Shown here one piece after another: positions 31,670-49,597 of a stretch of 64,000 nucleotides of DNA. Under the pieces are notes generated by a model that saw only the letters and a program-made list of their open reading frames with translations, ran no database searches and was not told the DNA's origin. Numbering within the stretch: the first letter of the stretch is position 1; every line of letters begins with the position of its first letter. The translations under genes were made by a program, and so were the position numbers. This DNA is from the human T2T-CHM13v2.0 reference genome, Homo sapiens, in NCBI RefSeq assembly GCF_009914755.1, contig NC_060926.1. One strand, 5' to 3'.

Positions 31670-31965
31670 TTAATGTTTTATTTGAGAAGAAAGAATTGCA
31701 ATTTGGGGCGTATATGCATGCCAGGTAGTCTTTGAATGTCTGAAGAACAAGGAGAAGGTTAGAAGTTTTATTAAAAGGAGAAATGTTACATATTGCTCTT
31801 TGAGAAATTCATTGGCACTTACAGTAAGGGTTTGGGGAGCTGGCAAGCTTCCATTGATGAGGGATGGCAGAGTGCAAAATTAGTCCCAGAGTTTCAGCAA
31901 ATTATCTCAGAAGCTGCAGATAAAACTGGTTTCAGGTTACGACAAGCAGTTCCAGCAGTCAGGCT
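31670..31965. mobile_element. Possible ERV1-class LTR fragment
   Basis: Abrupt break in the L1 sequence, with LTR-like motifs (aagaattgcaatttgggg, aaaactggtttcaggttac). Family uncertain. Confidence 0.4.
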
Positions 31966-32379
31966 GCTTTCATTTGGATATTTTAACAGCTTTAATGTCT
32001 CTACTAACATTCCCCCAAACATTCTCTCATTATGTTCATGTTTTCCTTTAAATCTTTGAACATGTTTATAATAACTGCTTTGAAATCCTGTGCTTATTTC
32101 AACGTCTCTTTCATTTCTGGTACTGTTTCTTATTAACTGATATTTTTTCCCTTTGGTTATGAAGGAAATTTTCCTGCTTCTTCCCATGTCCGCCATTTTT
32201 TAAAAAAATTGTATTCTACACCTCGTGGATGCTGTGCTGTTGTGCTTCTTGGTTTTATTCTGTTCTCTTAAGGAAGATTGAGTTTTATTCTGGCATTCAG
32301 TTAAATTATTCCTAAATCAGCTTGTTTTTAAGCTTGTTAAAGTGGGTCTGGAGTTGTCCTTATTTTCTCATAACTCTTT

Positions 32380-32512
32380 AAAAAAAAAAATCAATGGAGA
32401 TGGAGCCTTGCTCTCTTGACCAGGCTAGTCTCAAACTCCTGGCCTCAAGTGATCCTCCCATCTTGGCCTCCTAAAGTGCTGGGATTACAGATGTGAACCA
32501 CTGCACCCAGCC
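32380..32512 (-). mobile_element. Alu left monomer (FLAM-like)
   Basis: caggctagtctcaaactcctggcctcaagtgatcc...gctgggattacag. Confidence 0.85.
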
Positions 32513-33392
32513 CTCTAATAACCTTTTCTTAAGGTATAACCTCTCTGGGATTGAATTTAATGCCATGGGCAATCAATAAGAACTCTCCAGTTTTGCTAGT
32601 TTAGAATTTGAATAACTTCTAGCACAGTGTGACCTCCAAAATCTCCATTCAGCTCACAGCTTTCTGGTAGTTATTCTTTGCCAGACTTCAAAAAGTTACT
32701 AATTTTGCCAAGTCTGGAAGTGGAAGTCCACTGCCACTTAATTTTTGAGTCATATGTGTGGGACTTGAGAATGATATATACTATATTAGATGAAAAGTGG
32801 AACAAAGAGAAATAGATAATTTATATCATTCTTGTTTGAATCAACATTTGTATAAATTTAACCTGATTAAGCTGATTTAAAAAAACATTCATTTTTGCTT
32901 TATTTTTGTCATTGGGTAGAGGAATAGGTAGAGAAATATCTTTGATGGATGAAATACTTAGTAGTAACACTGGAGAACAGATTTTTTCTTAACCCCCCTA
33001 TCCGGTGAAGAAGGATGACAGTATAATGGCAAAAATTTTTAAGATAGGAAAAAACAGTATACTGCATTGCCTTTTTTGTAATAAATCTATGTACTATATA
33101 GAGTATGTTGTATTAGTTATTTTGTAAGTCTAAATTTGAAAATAAAATCTTAACTGAATTGCTAATTGGTACAATAATAGTTACATTGCATAGTTGATTG
33201 TTTTAACCTTTTTCTAAATTATAAAAGTTCAGTTTGATTTAATTTTGCCATATACCTTTAAACACACTCTTATTGAAAATTGTGGTTTTAAAGAGCATAT
33301 ATTGGACTAGGAGAGTGTGTTGTACTTTTGGTTTAAGCAATAATTTTACCTAAATGAGAAGAGTTAATTAACTGTGTTCTCTATCATTTCAG

Positions 33393-33445
33393 AATGCTGA
33401 AGCTTGGAACAATTTGTCAACTTCCTATATCCGATTAAAACAAAA
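33393..33445 (+). CDS. TTC27: TTC27 coding exon C (53 nt, phase 0/2): NAEAWNNLSTSYIRLKQ(K)
   Basis: Acceptor ttctctatcatttcag and donor AA|gtaagt. TPR helix A motif AEAWNNL. The split codon AA+A is completed by exon D. Too short to appear in the ORF track. Confidence 0.93.
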
Positions 33446-35769
33446 GTAAGTACATCAGACAAATATGAAGAAATTTGCTTCCCAAATAAATGAATGAGAT
33501 TTTCTACAACTGAACATTGTTTCAATGTTTCTCCTTGTTTTACCTTTCTCGCCCATGTATATGAAATAGAATAACTTAAGTAGAAAAACTTAATTCAAAC
33601 TAAATTAACTTGAATTCTAAATATACAGTTTATTTCTTAAAAACATTTCATATGTAATAAAATAAGAAATGTTACTTGAAATCTTTATTTATTACTGAAG
33701 TTTTACATTCTACATTTTATTACATGATAAAAGCAAACATATGTTTAGTTGGTCAACTCAGTTGACAGTTATTTTTATTCATTGCTTGCTTTGTACTAGA
33801 CATTATTGAGAAATATAAATAAATATGAACCAATGTCTTCAGGGAATGTAGGTTTAAAAAATAAAATACTACGCCATCTTATTTAAAAAATTGATTAGTA
33901 TATAAGCTATCTGTGGCAAATACCAAATGAGAATATAAAGAGGGCTAAAATAATCATACATGATACTTGTAGCACACTTATTATGTGCCAGCCACTCATT
34001 TAGTCTTGTGAGGATCAAAGAAGAGAGAAATCATGTCATCCTGGATCAGAAATGCTTCTGAGAGAATGTTGGACTCAAGCAGAAATTTGAAGGATGGATA
34101 GAAGGGACAGAGGGGAGCCTCTTAGGCAAGAGAAATGATGTGACCAAATGCAGAATGACAGGAATGAATGTAGTATTTTAGGAGATAAGAAGCAAAATAG
34201 TCCAGCTATGATGTGAAATATACGGTGAGAGATAAGGTTAGAAAGGTAGGTTGAAGTAAAATTGCTGCATCTTCTGATTATTTGACCAATGATTGAGACT
34301 GTCCTGTTGAGAATAGGAAGCCAGAGATTTCAGTGTGGTAATCTCATGAAGAAAGAAGCTTTTGGGGAAGATTTATCTGGTGGCAGTATATGAGGCAGAC
34401 TAGAGGAAACTGCAGGCTGGGAAACCAGTTAGGACACAGCTGTTGTAACAATTCAGGCATGAGATAACTAGAGTGGAAAAAGAAGGGGCAGATGCCAAAC
34501 TCTTTATAAAGGAGAAAACCAACTAAACGGGCTTATTGACTGGCTATGAAAAGCGAAGGAAAGGGAGGAGACAAGGACTGCTGTTGCCAGAACTCTAATA
34601 AATTAAAGGATGGATATATTTTCATTTTTATTTGGCCTTACTTTCAAACTTAATTTAATTTTTCTTGGTGGAATCACAAGATAATTTCTGAAGACATCAT
34701 TAAATCCATATTACGTAGAGATCATGAAATGCTGCCTCTGCTCTTGGATGACATAAATAAAGTCTATCTGTTCTACCATTCTCTTTAGAAGATCATATTA
34801 TGTTCTTGATTGCAACTGATAGTGCTAAAACTCTCTGGAGACCTTTTTGGTTTAAAGCAACAGGCTCGGAAGTCCCTGTCATAGTTGTAGAATGATCTCA
34901 GTGAGTTTTTCTGGCAACCCGGATAAGTTTGTACATAGTGAAGCTCTTGATACCTTGTCTTCCAGCCCAATCATGTTAGGAATTCTGCTTTCTCTCTTAG
35001 GGGTTCTTGCATATTGTTTCTCGACTTTCTTACCTCTTGCAGCTCCACAAATAGGTTTTCATGCAAAGGTGGAGTTGTAAGGTCTGAGATAAATCATTTC
35101 TTTATTCTTTCCTGTTTACTCTTTTCTTTCTTTGCTAAGGTTCTAGACAAAGCTAATGGGATTGTTACTTCTGAGGCAATTATTAATGCTTCTCTCAGAA
35201 GATCCTATTCATGCCTTAAAACGGCCCATTAAACTTTCTTTTATCCTTTTGTGGTCACAAGATTCTTCACTAAAGTGCTCTCTTTGCTGTTTCAACTGAT
35301 TCCCCTCGATATCATGTTCCTATCAGTCCCATGTAAAAATGTCTATATTCGGATGTAATTTTAATGGTGCAATATCTCTACTATAGAGGGGTTTTGATAA
35401 GTGAATCCTGAAGTGAAGCACCTTACAAAGAAGCTGTATTTACCAAAAAGGAAAAAAGGATTCATGGAACAATTTTGAGGCTAGGAAATTATGATTAGGG
35501 GGATCATAAGGGAGGACATATAGGAAAAAGGATAATCCTCATGGTGTGGATTTTTACTTGTTGAGTTCACCCCCAACCCCTGTGGATGGGAGAGCTGGGG
35601 AGTCTTGGTCCAAAACTGTTGGAGGCAGTTGTTATTAGATGGAGGTGGTGATGTGGTAGAGTAGAGAAAGGAAAAAAAGAAAAAAATATTCCATGGAACA
35701 ATTTATGACTGAAATTGAAGACATGTTTCCTTTCTTTTTGAGTTCCCTTGTATTTTTGCAAGAAGGAAT

Positions 35770-37480
<1,711 letters not shown>

Positions 37481-37733
37481 TACCTAGTTTTAAAATAATG
37501 TCCTTGTTACCAGTAAATAGATTAGGAAAGGAATATCTCTGTATGTATGCTACATATGCCATAGGGTCTGTCACTGAATTTTGTAGGGAAGTTTGAGTTG
37601 GTTTTGTGTTGTCTGGGTCTCTAATTCTGTTTGTTTATATGAACGAATAAGGACGGACAGTCCACATTAGTATTTTATACATTTAGCTATGCTTTATTCT
37701 AATAAAAAAAGAGTTCATTATTGCTCTCTTTAA

Positions 37734-37952
<219 letters not shown>

Positions 37953-38524
37953 TGATACTAATCCTTGATCATATGGTATAAATTATTTCCTTGAATATGC
38001 ACAGGAAAATTTTGTTAAACACATGTAACATATGAAAAGGGTATTTTTTTCTAGTCAAATATTCTTCATGATATATAGAATTCTGCTATTCTAATGTCAA
38101 ATTTGTTTGTACAGTCATAAACTGAATATTACTCTGACTCAGTTATGAAAATCTGATATGTGGGTTACATATATAGTCACTTTGCAGAAACTAAATAAAA
38201 CACTGTGTTACTTAGTACTTTGGGTATCTCTGTGTGTTCTCTGACTTTTGGTAGCTGGAATAAATCCTATACTCACTTGTTCATTCATTTAACAAGCATT
38301 TACTGCATACCTTCAGATGGTATGAACAATATATAGAGGATGGCTAACATTTTCTTTGCAATGTTTCATGAGATGGTGCTGTGTTTGGTGGAATAAAGTT
38401 ATCCCTCCAGAAAGTATGGGAGATTCAAAGCTGTTGTGTCATCCAAAATATTAAATAAAAAAGACCATTTTGGTTTAATTGTAGTTGAAGACAATATGCT
38501 GTCTTCAGTGTAAAGTGATACTCT

Positions 38525-38603
38525 GAGATCATGCCACTGCACTCCAGCCTGGGTGACAGAGCAAAACTCTGTCTCTAAATAAATAAATAAATAAATAAAC
38601 AAA
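38525..38603 (+). mobile_element. 5'-truncated Alu 3' fragment
   Basis: gagatcatgccactgcactccagcctggg...(aaat)n. Confidence 0.9.
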
Positions 38604-40403
38604 ACTGAATGGAATGATAGCCAAGTGAATGGAGAGATAGCAGAGTTTTACATCCCTAGAAAGGGTAGGGGCTCTAGTGAATCTGTTTGCACAGTCCCCT
38701 GACAGTCAATAGTTGTCCTGTTAACACTGCTGAAATTTTCCATTGAGATAGTTCTTCCTTTTCTACACTTAGCACCTTGGCAAAGGGCACTGATGAGACT
38801 CTGAACAGATCTCAGTATATTGTGACTGCTGAAAATAGTGCATATCTCTTGTTTACTGCAATTGTGATTTTTAAGATCTTTCTTTACTAGGAAAGATTTC
38901 TGAAACCTGTTCCTAAAATCTCAAGGAGAATGTAAATTATTTATATTTGTAGTATATTCCATCTTACAGTTGAAAGAAATTCTGTTGTTTTCTTTCATAT
39001 TAAAAAAAATGTACATGAAACATTCAAATCCAACACTCCTCATTTAGACATCGCTGCTGGCTCAATTCCAGCATTCTTTAGAATCACACACTGTCAGAGC
39101 AAAAAGGGACCTTAGAAGTCCTCTAGGGCCAGGCTGAATTAGTTTACACACCAAGTCAGAAAGGAGTGTGAAGCTCCCCTCCTTCCTGATAAGCTAGACA
39201 GGGGACTTCTTCAAGCTGTCAGTCTGCTTTTCTATCCTCTTGGTATTACTGCTGATAACTTGGCTGTGTCATCTCTTTCTTAATTGTCTTAGAATTGGCT
39301 TCCTTGGTCAGTCTGATCCTGTTAATCTTCTGTCCTGTGCCTCCATTTTCTAACTAATCTGCTTGTCTTTCTGTTGTGAGTGGGATTTCCCCTCTAAATC
39401 TATACTTTAACCCCAGTAATCTCCTTCATATCTGCTAAGGATTAGTAACAACTGGCTCACCAGGTTGGCTTTTTGGATCTTGAGAAAATCCTGGTCATCC
39501 TTTCATGCTTGGCACCAATAGAAGTTGTTTTATATAAGGTACCCAAATAGGTCTAGGCCTCTCTCATCCAGTAAGAGACAGACTTATTACATGTACACAT
39601 GAAAGGAAGTGGCTTTTCTATTTGCTCTTATTCTCCTTCGCTTCCCAAGGCACATAGAGCAGGTCAAAGTGGTATGTGGTAAAATAACAATAATTAATAT
39701 TTACTGAGGGCTTGCCGTGTGTCTGAAACTATCCTAAGCACTTCACATGTATTAGCTCATTTAATTCTCACCTCAGCTGTGGGGGATAGGATTATACTGT
39801 CATAAGCTATGTCTAACTCTGGATGGATGGATGGATCTCTCCACCTGCTTGTTTTAAGGAAATTAAAAATATCAGACAAAATAACTATTCAAAGATTGTT
39901 TGGAAAAGCTGTTACTTGTACATCATAGAGTTATAAAGTCATCAAGATAATGCCGATTTTAGTTAACTTAGATGAATTAAGTATGGCAAATCTTGCTAAC
40001 TCGTGTATTCTAAAAGAAAGGCAAGAAAAAGTGAAGCAGAAGTGGTTACAATAGCTGAAAAGGTATTGAAGAATGTTACTTAAATTTCTCTTTTCTTACC
40101 ACCCCTACCACCCCCAGATTAGGAGTCTCATTCTCTCTCAGGATGAAAAAACATTCTTGCTAATGTTTAGATGATACTTCTGTATTTGAGTATCTGTAAA
40201 TGTGTAGGGAGAGAGGTGATATTTAGAATTATCTATTGGTAGTAACAGTGGTATTATAGATACCAAAGGATATAATTTTGGTAACAATAACCTGAGTATG
40301 TAGATAGTTGATTCTGATAAAACTTTCAGTTGTGATTTGCCCTGTTGGATGCCAAATCAAAATCATTGGAATTTTAAGAACATTTGCTTAGAAATCTTTC
40401 AGC

Positions 40404-40712
40404 CGGCTGGGTGCAGTGGCTTCTACCTGTAATCCCAGCATTTTGGGAGGCCAAGGCGGGAAAATTACTTGAGCCCAGGGGTTTGAGACCAGCCTGCACA
40501 ACATTGCAAAACCCTTTCTCTACAAAAAAAATACAAAAAAAATTCAGCTGGGCTTGGTAATATGTACCTGTGGCTACTCGGGAGGCTGAGGTGGGAGGGT
40601 TCCCTGAGGCTGGAGAGGTTGAAGCTGCAGTGAGCCATGATCACACCACTGTACCCCAGCCTGGATGACAGAGCAAGACCCTGTCTCCAAAAAAAAAAAA
40701 AAAAAAAAAAAA
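40404..40712 (+). mobile_element. AluJ, sense
   Basis: Dimer with poly-A. TSD agaa(a/g)tctttcag. Confidence 0.93.
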
Positions 40713-41199
40713 AGAGAAGTCTTTCAGGAGCCTTCCCTAAGAAAGAATAAAAGGACCCAAAATGCATAGAGATGCATTTGAGCATTTTTCAGAAAAGAAA
40801 AAAAAAATCTAAAAAAAATAGCTATATTTTCCTAGTATGAATTCAGATAACGTGATTTAACTTTTATCTTAAGTAGATTTTTTCAAACATATTTTAGTGG
40901 TCATAGTCTTAGCTTTTTACTCCTGTAATCATGGGGAATTTTCAATATAGCAAAATTGTGTTCTGATTCCAATGTAACATGTTCTAATCCTGTACCTGTT
41001 TTTTTCTATTTTATGGATGTGGATTATTGCCATTAAATTTTTTTTTTGTGTGTGTGTATAAATTCATGCTTATTTTAATACAGACATAGGGTAAATTAGC
41101 CTCAAATTTTTCTGTTTTTTCCTCACTATTTGTAATTGAAGAATGAGTAGATATACTACCTTTATCATTTTCTTTCTTGTTTATCCATTTTATAATTTT

Positions 41200-41770
41200 A
41201 TTAATAATATTTTAATTGGCAAACTCTAATTGTATACATCTATGGAGTACCATGTGATGTTTTCATATGTGTATACAATGTGGAATGATTAGATCAGGCT
41301 GATTAACATACCCACCACCTTGTTTACCTATCTTTTTATGGTGACATATTTGACATTTTACTGAGGTATTTTGAAATATACATTATCATTGACTGTAGTC
41401 ACTATGCTGTGCAGAAGATCTCAAACTTAATCCTCTGTCTGAAACTTTGTATCCTTTCCCCAACAATTCCCCATTTCCTCCCCACCCCACCTCCACCCCA
41501 CCCTGACGCTAGTGACCATCATTCCTTTCTGTATAGTTTGTTATTAGTATTATAGATGTGCTACTGATGTTTGTATGTTGATTTTGTATCTGAATTTATT
41601 TCATCAGTTCTAATAGTTTTTACATGGACTCTTTATGGTTTTCGCTAAGATCATATTGTCAGCAAATAGAGACAGTTTTGCTCAGTCCTTACCTATTAGA
41701 ATATCTCTTATTTCTTTTTTCTTGCCTAATTGCTCTGTCTAGGACTTCCAGTACTATGTTGAAAAACACC
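41200..41770 (-). mobile_element. L1MA-type fragments
   Basis: Reverse 3'UTR (aattgtatacatctatggagtac...) followed by an ORF2 piece (ctaggacttccagtactatgttgaa). Confidence 0.75.
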
Positions 41771-42431
41771 TTTGTCCTAATTTTGACTAATGTATAGTTT
41801 GGTAAAACCCAGGAATGCTTTTCTATAATAGCACTTATTTGTATTTATTTCTAGATTATACATATTTTTATTCATCTATCATAAAACTGATTTTCATGTT
41901 CCTACATAATTAGTTCCTGTTCAGTTTTCCAGTTTTTGACTATTATAAATAATGTCATGAATATCCTTGCAGACGAATCCTCATATATAGCCATACTTCT
42001 TTCCCCAAGGTAAATTCTGATGTTGATTTGTTGGGATATTTTTCCTTTTCTTCCTTTTTTGTTTTTCTGGATACCTTGGGCAACATTTTGGGAAAATAAT
42101 TTAAGTATTGCATTATTGACATTCATTTGTTGTTTATATGTGGAAGAGGAAGGAAAGGGGATTAATATATATTGAGTGCTTACTATGTTTCTGCCACTTA
42201 ACACAGGTTATCTTTTATTGGGCATACAGTATGTGAGGTGGATAGTAAATACTCCTCATTTTATAGTTGATTAATATGAAACCCAGAGAGCTTATATAAC
42301 TTGAGCAGTCATTTGGCTAGTAGGAACCAAAGACAGAAATCACAGGTAGGCATGTCTTATTTTTTTCTTTGTCACGCCTTGAAGTCTGTGGGGGAAGATT
42401 TATGTCAAAAGCACATTTTCCCATCATATTA

Positions 42432-42692
<261 letters not shown>

Positions 42693-44289
42693 TTAACTAC
42701 ATGTATTCTTATGTAATCACCACCCCAAACAGTTATGGAACATTTTCATTACTACAGAAAGTTCTCTTACATGCATTTCCAGTCAGTTGAAACACCACCT
42801 CTTTCCCCCATGAGGCAACTACTTTCTGATTTCCATCTCCACAGTTTAGTTTTGCTTTTTCTTGAATACCATATAGATAGAATCATACAGTATGTATTCT
42901 TGCATATTGAGGTTGTCCTTTGTGTGTATTTTTATTTGATGCTTTCTTTGGGGACAGGAGAAGATGGTGTTGATGTGCAGTGGGGCAAGTTGCCAATGAA
43001 ATTGAAGTTCTGGGACACTTGCTGGCTGTGCATTACCCGAAAGTAAAGAGAAGAGGAGAGAATGGATATATGTTATAAAAATTATAGCTTTGGAAAATAG
43101 GTATTCTCTCCATTTAACTGTTGAGGTACCTGAGGCTCAGCAAAGTGAATTAATAAGGTTGATTTCTTATAGCTAGCGAGCAGTAAAGCTAAGGCTTGAC
43201 ATCTGGCGTATTTAACCTAAAGCCCTTTCCACAGTCTAAGAACTGTTTTTTGTTTTGTTTTTTGGTTTTTTTTTGAAGGACTGAAAAAGACAATGCTAAA
43301 CTGCCTATCTCTCTCTGATAACTGAGGTTTGGGGAAGCCAAGGGTCAGGGTTATCAGACCAGGAAACAGAACAAGTACTTAGAGAGCTCCAAGTGGAGCA
43401 GGGAGCTAGCCAAGCAGGGGAGGTGGGAAATTGCTTCATTCTTGGCCTGGAGCCCTCCTGGTAGTTTTTGTAATGGGTTAAGGCAGTCCTATTCCTTCCT
43501 GCTTTGAGGACCTCCAGGATTCAAAGGGCCAGTGCCTTGCACTTTAGGCCAAGACTTTGATGAGACTAGCCCAAGGAAGTCAAGGTTAGTGTTGGGAAAC
43601 GAATAGTTAATACATTTCTCTTTGTGGAGATTCTTCTACATTTATGTTGGAATTGCCGCTCCTCTATGTGAGAGGCCTTCAACTCTCTTCACAGGCCAGT
43701 GTTAGTTTCCCAGTCATTCTCTGCTTGTTGCATTCCCTAAGTGTGGTTCCTGATGGAGGTGAGAAATAGGGTTGGGACAGAGAATGAAACATAAGTTCTA
43801 CTATTACCTAAATGAAATCAAGATGTGGGTAAGGGATTTAAAGGCCATTATATGAACTCAGTGGGATAGTATTGGTTTGGGTGGGATATGAGGGCTATAG
43901 AGCTGTTTATACTGACTAAAATGAAATCTGTCACATACAAAGAATCCTTAATAAGATTATCAGCAGATTTCTCATAATAAACTTTGGAGGCCAGCAGGCA
44001 GTGGACTGATATATTCAAAGTGCTAAAAGAAAAAAACTGTCAATCAAGAATCCTTTATCTGGCAAAACTGCCTTTCAAAAGTGAGAGAGAAATTAAGGCA
44101 TTCCCAGATAAACAAAAGTTAAGGAAGTTCATTACCACTAGAACTGCCCTGCATGAAATGCTCAAGGGGGTCCTGCAGGGTGAAAAGAAAGGACACTAGA
44201 CAATAACTCAACGCTGGATAAAGAAATAAAAATCTCAATAAAGATAAATATAAGAACAATTATAAAAGCTAATATTATTGTAACAATGT

Positions 44290-44590
44290 TTGTTGTTGTT
44301 GTTGTTTGAGATGGAGTCTCGCTCTGTCACCCAGGCTGGAATACAATGGTGCCATCTCGGCTCACTGCAACCTCTCCTTCCTGGGTTCAAGTGATTCTCC
44401 TGCCTCAGCCTCCTGAGTAACTGGGATTATAGGTGCCTGCCACCACGCCCGGCTAATTTTTGTATTTTTAGTAGAGACGGGGTTTCACCATGTTGGCCAG
44501 GCTGGTCTTGAACTCCTGACCTCAGGTGAGCCATCCACCTCGGCCTCCCAAAGTGCTGGGATTACAGGTGTGAGCCACCATACCCGGCCT
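44290..44590 (-). mobile_element. Alu (S-type) in the L1
   Basis: TSD tgt(a/t)acaatgttt. Confidence 0.95.
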
Positions 44591-46295
44591 GTTACAATGT
44601 TTTTTTTAACTGTACTCTTTGTTTTCCATATGATTTAAGAGACTAATACATTAAAAAAACAGTTATTAGTCTAAAAGCTAGTAGTATTGTAACTTTGTTT
44701 TGTAGCTCCATATTTTGCTTTCTATGTAATTTAAGAGACTAATGCATTAAATATATTAGTGTATGTTTTGGGGCACACCATTTATGAAGATGTAATTTTG
44801 TGACATCAACAACCAAAAGGGGTGAGTATGGCTCTGTTAGACAAGCAGAGATTTTGTATGTTAATGAATTTTATAATAGACATATATAAAACATTCTACC
44901 CAACAACAGCATACGTATTCTTCCCAAGTGCACATGGGACATTATCTAGGAGAGACAATATGATAGATCGCAAATTAAGTCTCAGTAGATTCAAAAAGAT
45001 AGATGTCATAGAACGTATCTTCTCTGACTACCCCAGGATGAAATTACAAATCAATAACAGATGTAAAACTAGAAAATTCACAAAATTATGGAAAGTAAAC
45101 AACACACTCTTAATCAATGGATCAAAAAAGAAATCACAAGAGAAATTAGAAAATACTTAGAGATGAATGAAAATGAAAATACAGCATACCAAAACTTGTA
45201 GGACACAGCGAAAGCATTGCTAAGGAAGAAATTTATAACTCTAAATGCTTACTTTAAAACACAAGAAATATTTCAAGTCAATAACTTAACTTTACAACTT
45301 AAAGAGCAAACTAAACCCAAGGCTAGCAGAAGGAAGAAAATAAGAATAAAGATTAGAATAGAGATAAATGAAATAGAAAGTAGAAAAATAATAAAGAAAA
45401 ATCAATGAAACTAAAAATTAGGTCTTTGAAAAGATTAATAAAATGGACAAACCTTTAGATAGATGGACTAAGGAAAAAAAGAGAAGATTCAGATTACTGA
45501 AATCAGAAATGAAAATGGGGGACATTACTACTGATTCTACAGAAATAAAAAGATTATAAGAGAATATTGTGAACAAGTATATGTCAACAAAGTAGATAAC
45601 CTAGATGAAATAGATAAATTCCTAGAAACACAAAACCTACCAAGACTAAATCATAAAGAAACAAGAAATCTGAATAGATGTATAACTAGTAAGTAGATAG
45701 AATCAGGAATCAAAAATCTCCCAACAAAGAAAAGCCGTGGACCTGATGGATTCACTGGTAAATTGTATCAAACATTTAAAGAAGTCACAACAATCTTTCT
45801 TAAACTTTTCCAAAAAATTGAGGAGGAAGGAACACCTCTTGGCTCATGCTATGAGGCCAGCATTACCCTGATACCAAAGCCAGACAAAGACATTACAAGA
45901 AAAAAAAAAAAACAAACAAAACACAGACCAAAATCTCTTATGAATATTGATGCAAAAACCCTTAACAAAATACTAGCAAATTGATTCACTAGCATATTAA
46001 AAGGATTATACACCATAACCAAGTGGGCTCTATTCCTGGAATTTGAGGATGGTTTAACATATGAAATAGATCAATATAATATACTACATTAACAGAATGA
46101 GGGGAAAAAAAAATCTCACCTGATTATCTCAATTAATGTTGAAAAAGCATTTGAAAAAATTCAGCACACATTCCTGATTTAAAAAGCACTGAACAAAGTA
46201 GGAATGGAAGGAAGCAGCCTCGACATAATAAAAGCCAGGTATGAAAAACCCACAGCAAACATCATACTTAATGGTGAAAGACTGAAAGCTTCTTT

Positions 46296-46639
<344 letters not shown>

Positions 46640-47615
46640 CTGAAAGCTTCTTTTCTAAGATCAGAAACAATTCAAGGATGCTTGCTTTCACTTCTGTTCA
46701 TCACAGCACTGAAAGTTCAAGGCAGAGCAATTATACAAGAAAAAGAAGTAAAAGACATCCAAATTGGTAAGAAATAAAATTATCTGTTTGCAGATGATGT
46801 GATCTTGTATGTAGAAAATGCTAAAGAGTCCACGAAAAAGCTGTTAGAACTAATAAATGAATTCAGCATAGTAGCAGGATGCAAAGTCAGCACACAAAAA
46901 TCAGCTGCATTTCTGTACACTAACAGTGAACAATCCCAAAAGGAAGTTATGAAAACAATTCCATTTACAATAGCATAAAAAATACTTTGGAATTAAGTTA
47001 ACTAAGGAAGTAAAAATCTTGGACCACAAAAACTAGAAAACATGATGAAAGAGATTAAAGAAGATACAAATAAATGGAAACACATCTCATGTTCATGGAT
47101 TGAAAAACTTAACATTGTTAAGTTGTCAGTACTACCCAAAGTGATGTCTGGAATTCAGCGCAGAGACTGCAGTGAAAAAATAAAGAGGATACTCAAATTA
47201 CTGAAATCAGAAATGAAAATGGGGACATTACTACTGATTCTACAGAAATAAAAAGATTATAAGAGAATATTGTGAACAAGTGTATGCCAACAAAGTGGAT
47301 AACCTAGATGAAACAGACAAATTCCTAGAAACTCAAAGCCTACCAAGACTAAATCATGAAGAAATAGGAAATCTGAATGGATTGGTTTTTCTCAGAAATA
47401 GAAAAACCTATCCTAAAATTCAAATGGAATCTCAAGAGACCCTGGATGGCCCAAACAACTTTTAAAAAGAACAACAAAGCTAGGGGACTCATGCTTCCTG
47501 ATTTCAAAACTTACCACAAAACTGTAGTAGTCAAAACAGTGTGGAACTGGCATAAAGACAGACATACAGACCAATAGAATTGAACTAAAAGCTCAGAAAT
47601 CTGTGTATATGGTCA

Positions 47616-48240
<625 letters not shown>

Positions 48241-48886
48241 AAATGATTTTTGACAAGGGTGCCAAGACTATTCAATGGGGAAATTTCAACAAATTGTCCT
48301 GGGAAAACTGCATATCCACATGCAAAAGAATAAAGTTGGACCCTTACCTAACACTGTATACACATGCTAACTCAAAATGAATCAAATACTTAAATTTAAT
48401 AGCTACAACTGTAAAACTCTTAAAAGTAAACATAGGGCAAGAACTTTATAACGGTAGATTTGGCAATGATTTCTTGGATATGACACCAAAAGCACAGGCA
48501 ATAAAAAGAAAAAACAGACAAATTGGACTTTGTGAAAATTTAAAAATTTTGTGCACCAAAAACAGTATCAACGGAGTAAAAAGCCAACTCACAGAATGGA
48601 AGAAAATATTTGCAAGTAATATATCTGATAAGGGAATAATATCCAGAATATATAGAGGACTTCTAAAATTCAATGACAACAAAACCCCCCAAACAGCCCA
48701 ATTAAAAAATGTGCAAAGGAGTTGAATAGACATTTCTCCAGAGAAGATAAACAAATGAACAATAAGCACATGAAAAGATGTGCAGCACCACTAATCATTA
48801 AGGAAATGCAAATCAAATGAGATACCACCTTACACCCACTAGGATGGCTACTAGAAAAAAAATTAAAAAAAAAAAAATAGAAAATA

Positions 48887-49597
<711 letters not shown>

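Noticed and set aside
34785-35204. 140-codon minus-strand frame with only two stops and protein-like text (DLLREALIIASEVTIPLALSRTLAKKEK...)
   Set aside because: I recognise no homologue, poly-A or TSD, and several such stretches are expected by chance in six frames of 64 kb. A tBLASTn or Dfam hit would be needed to revive it.
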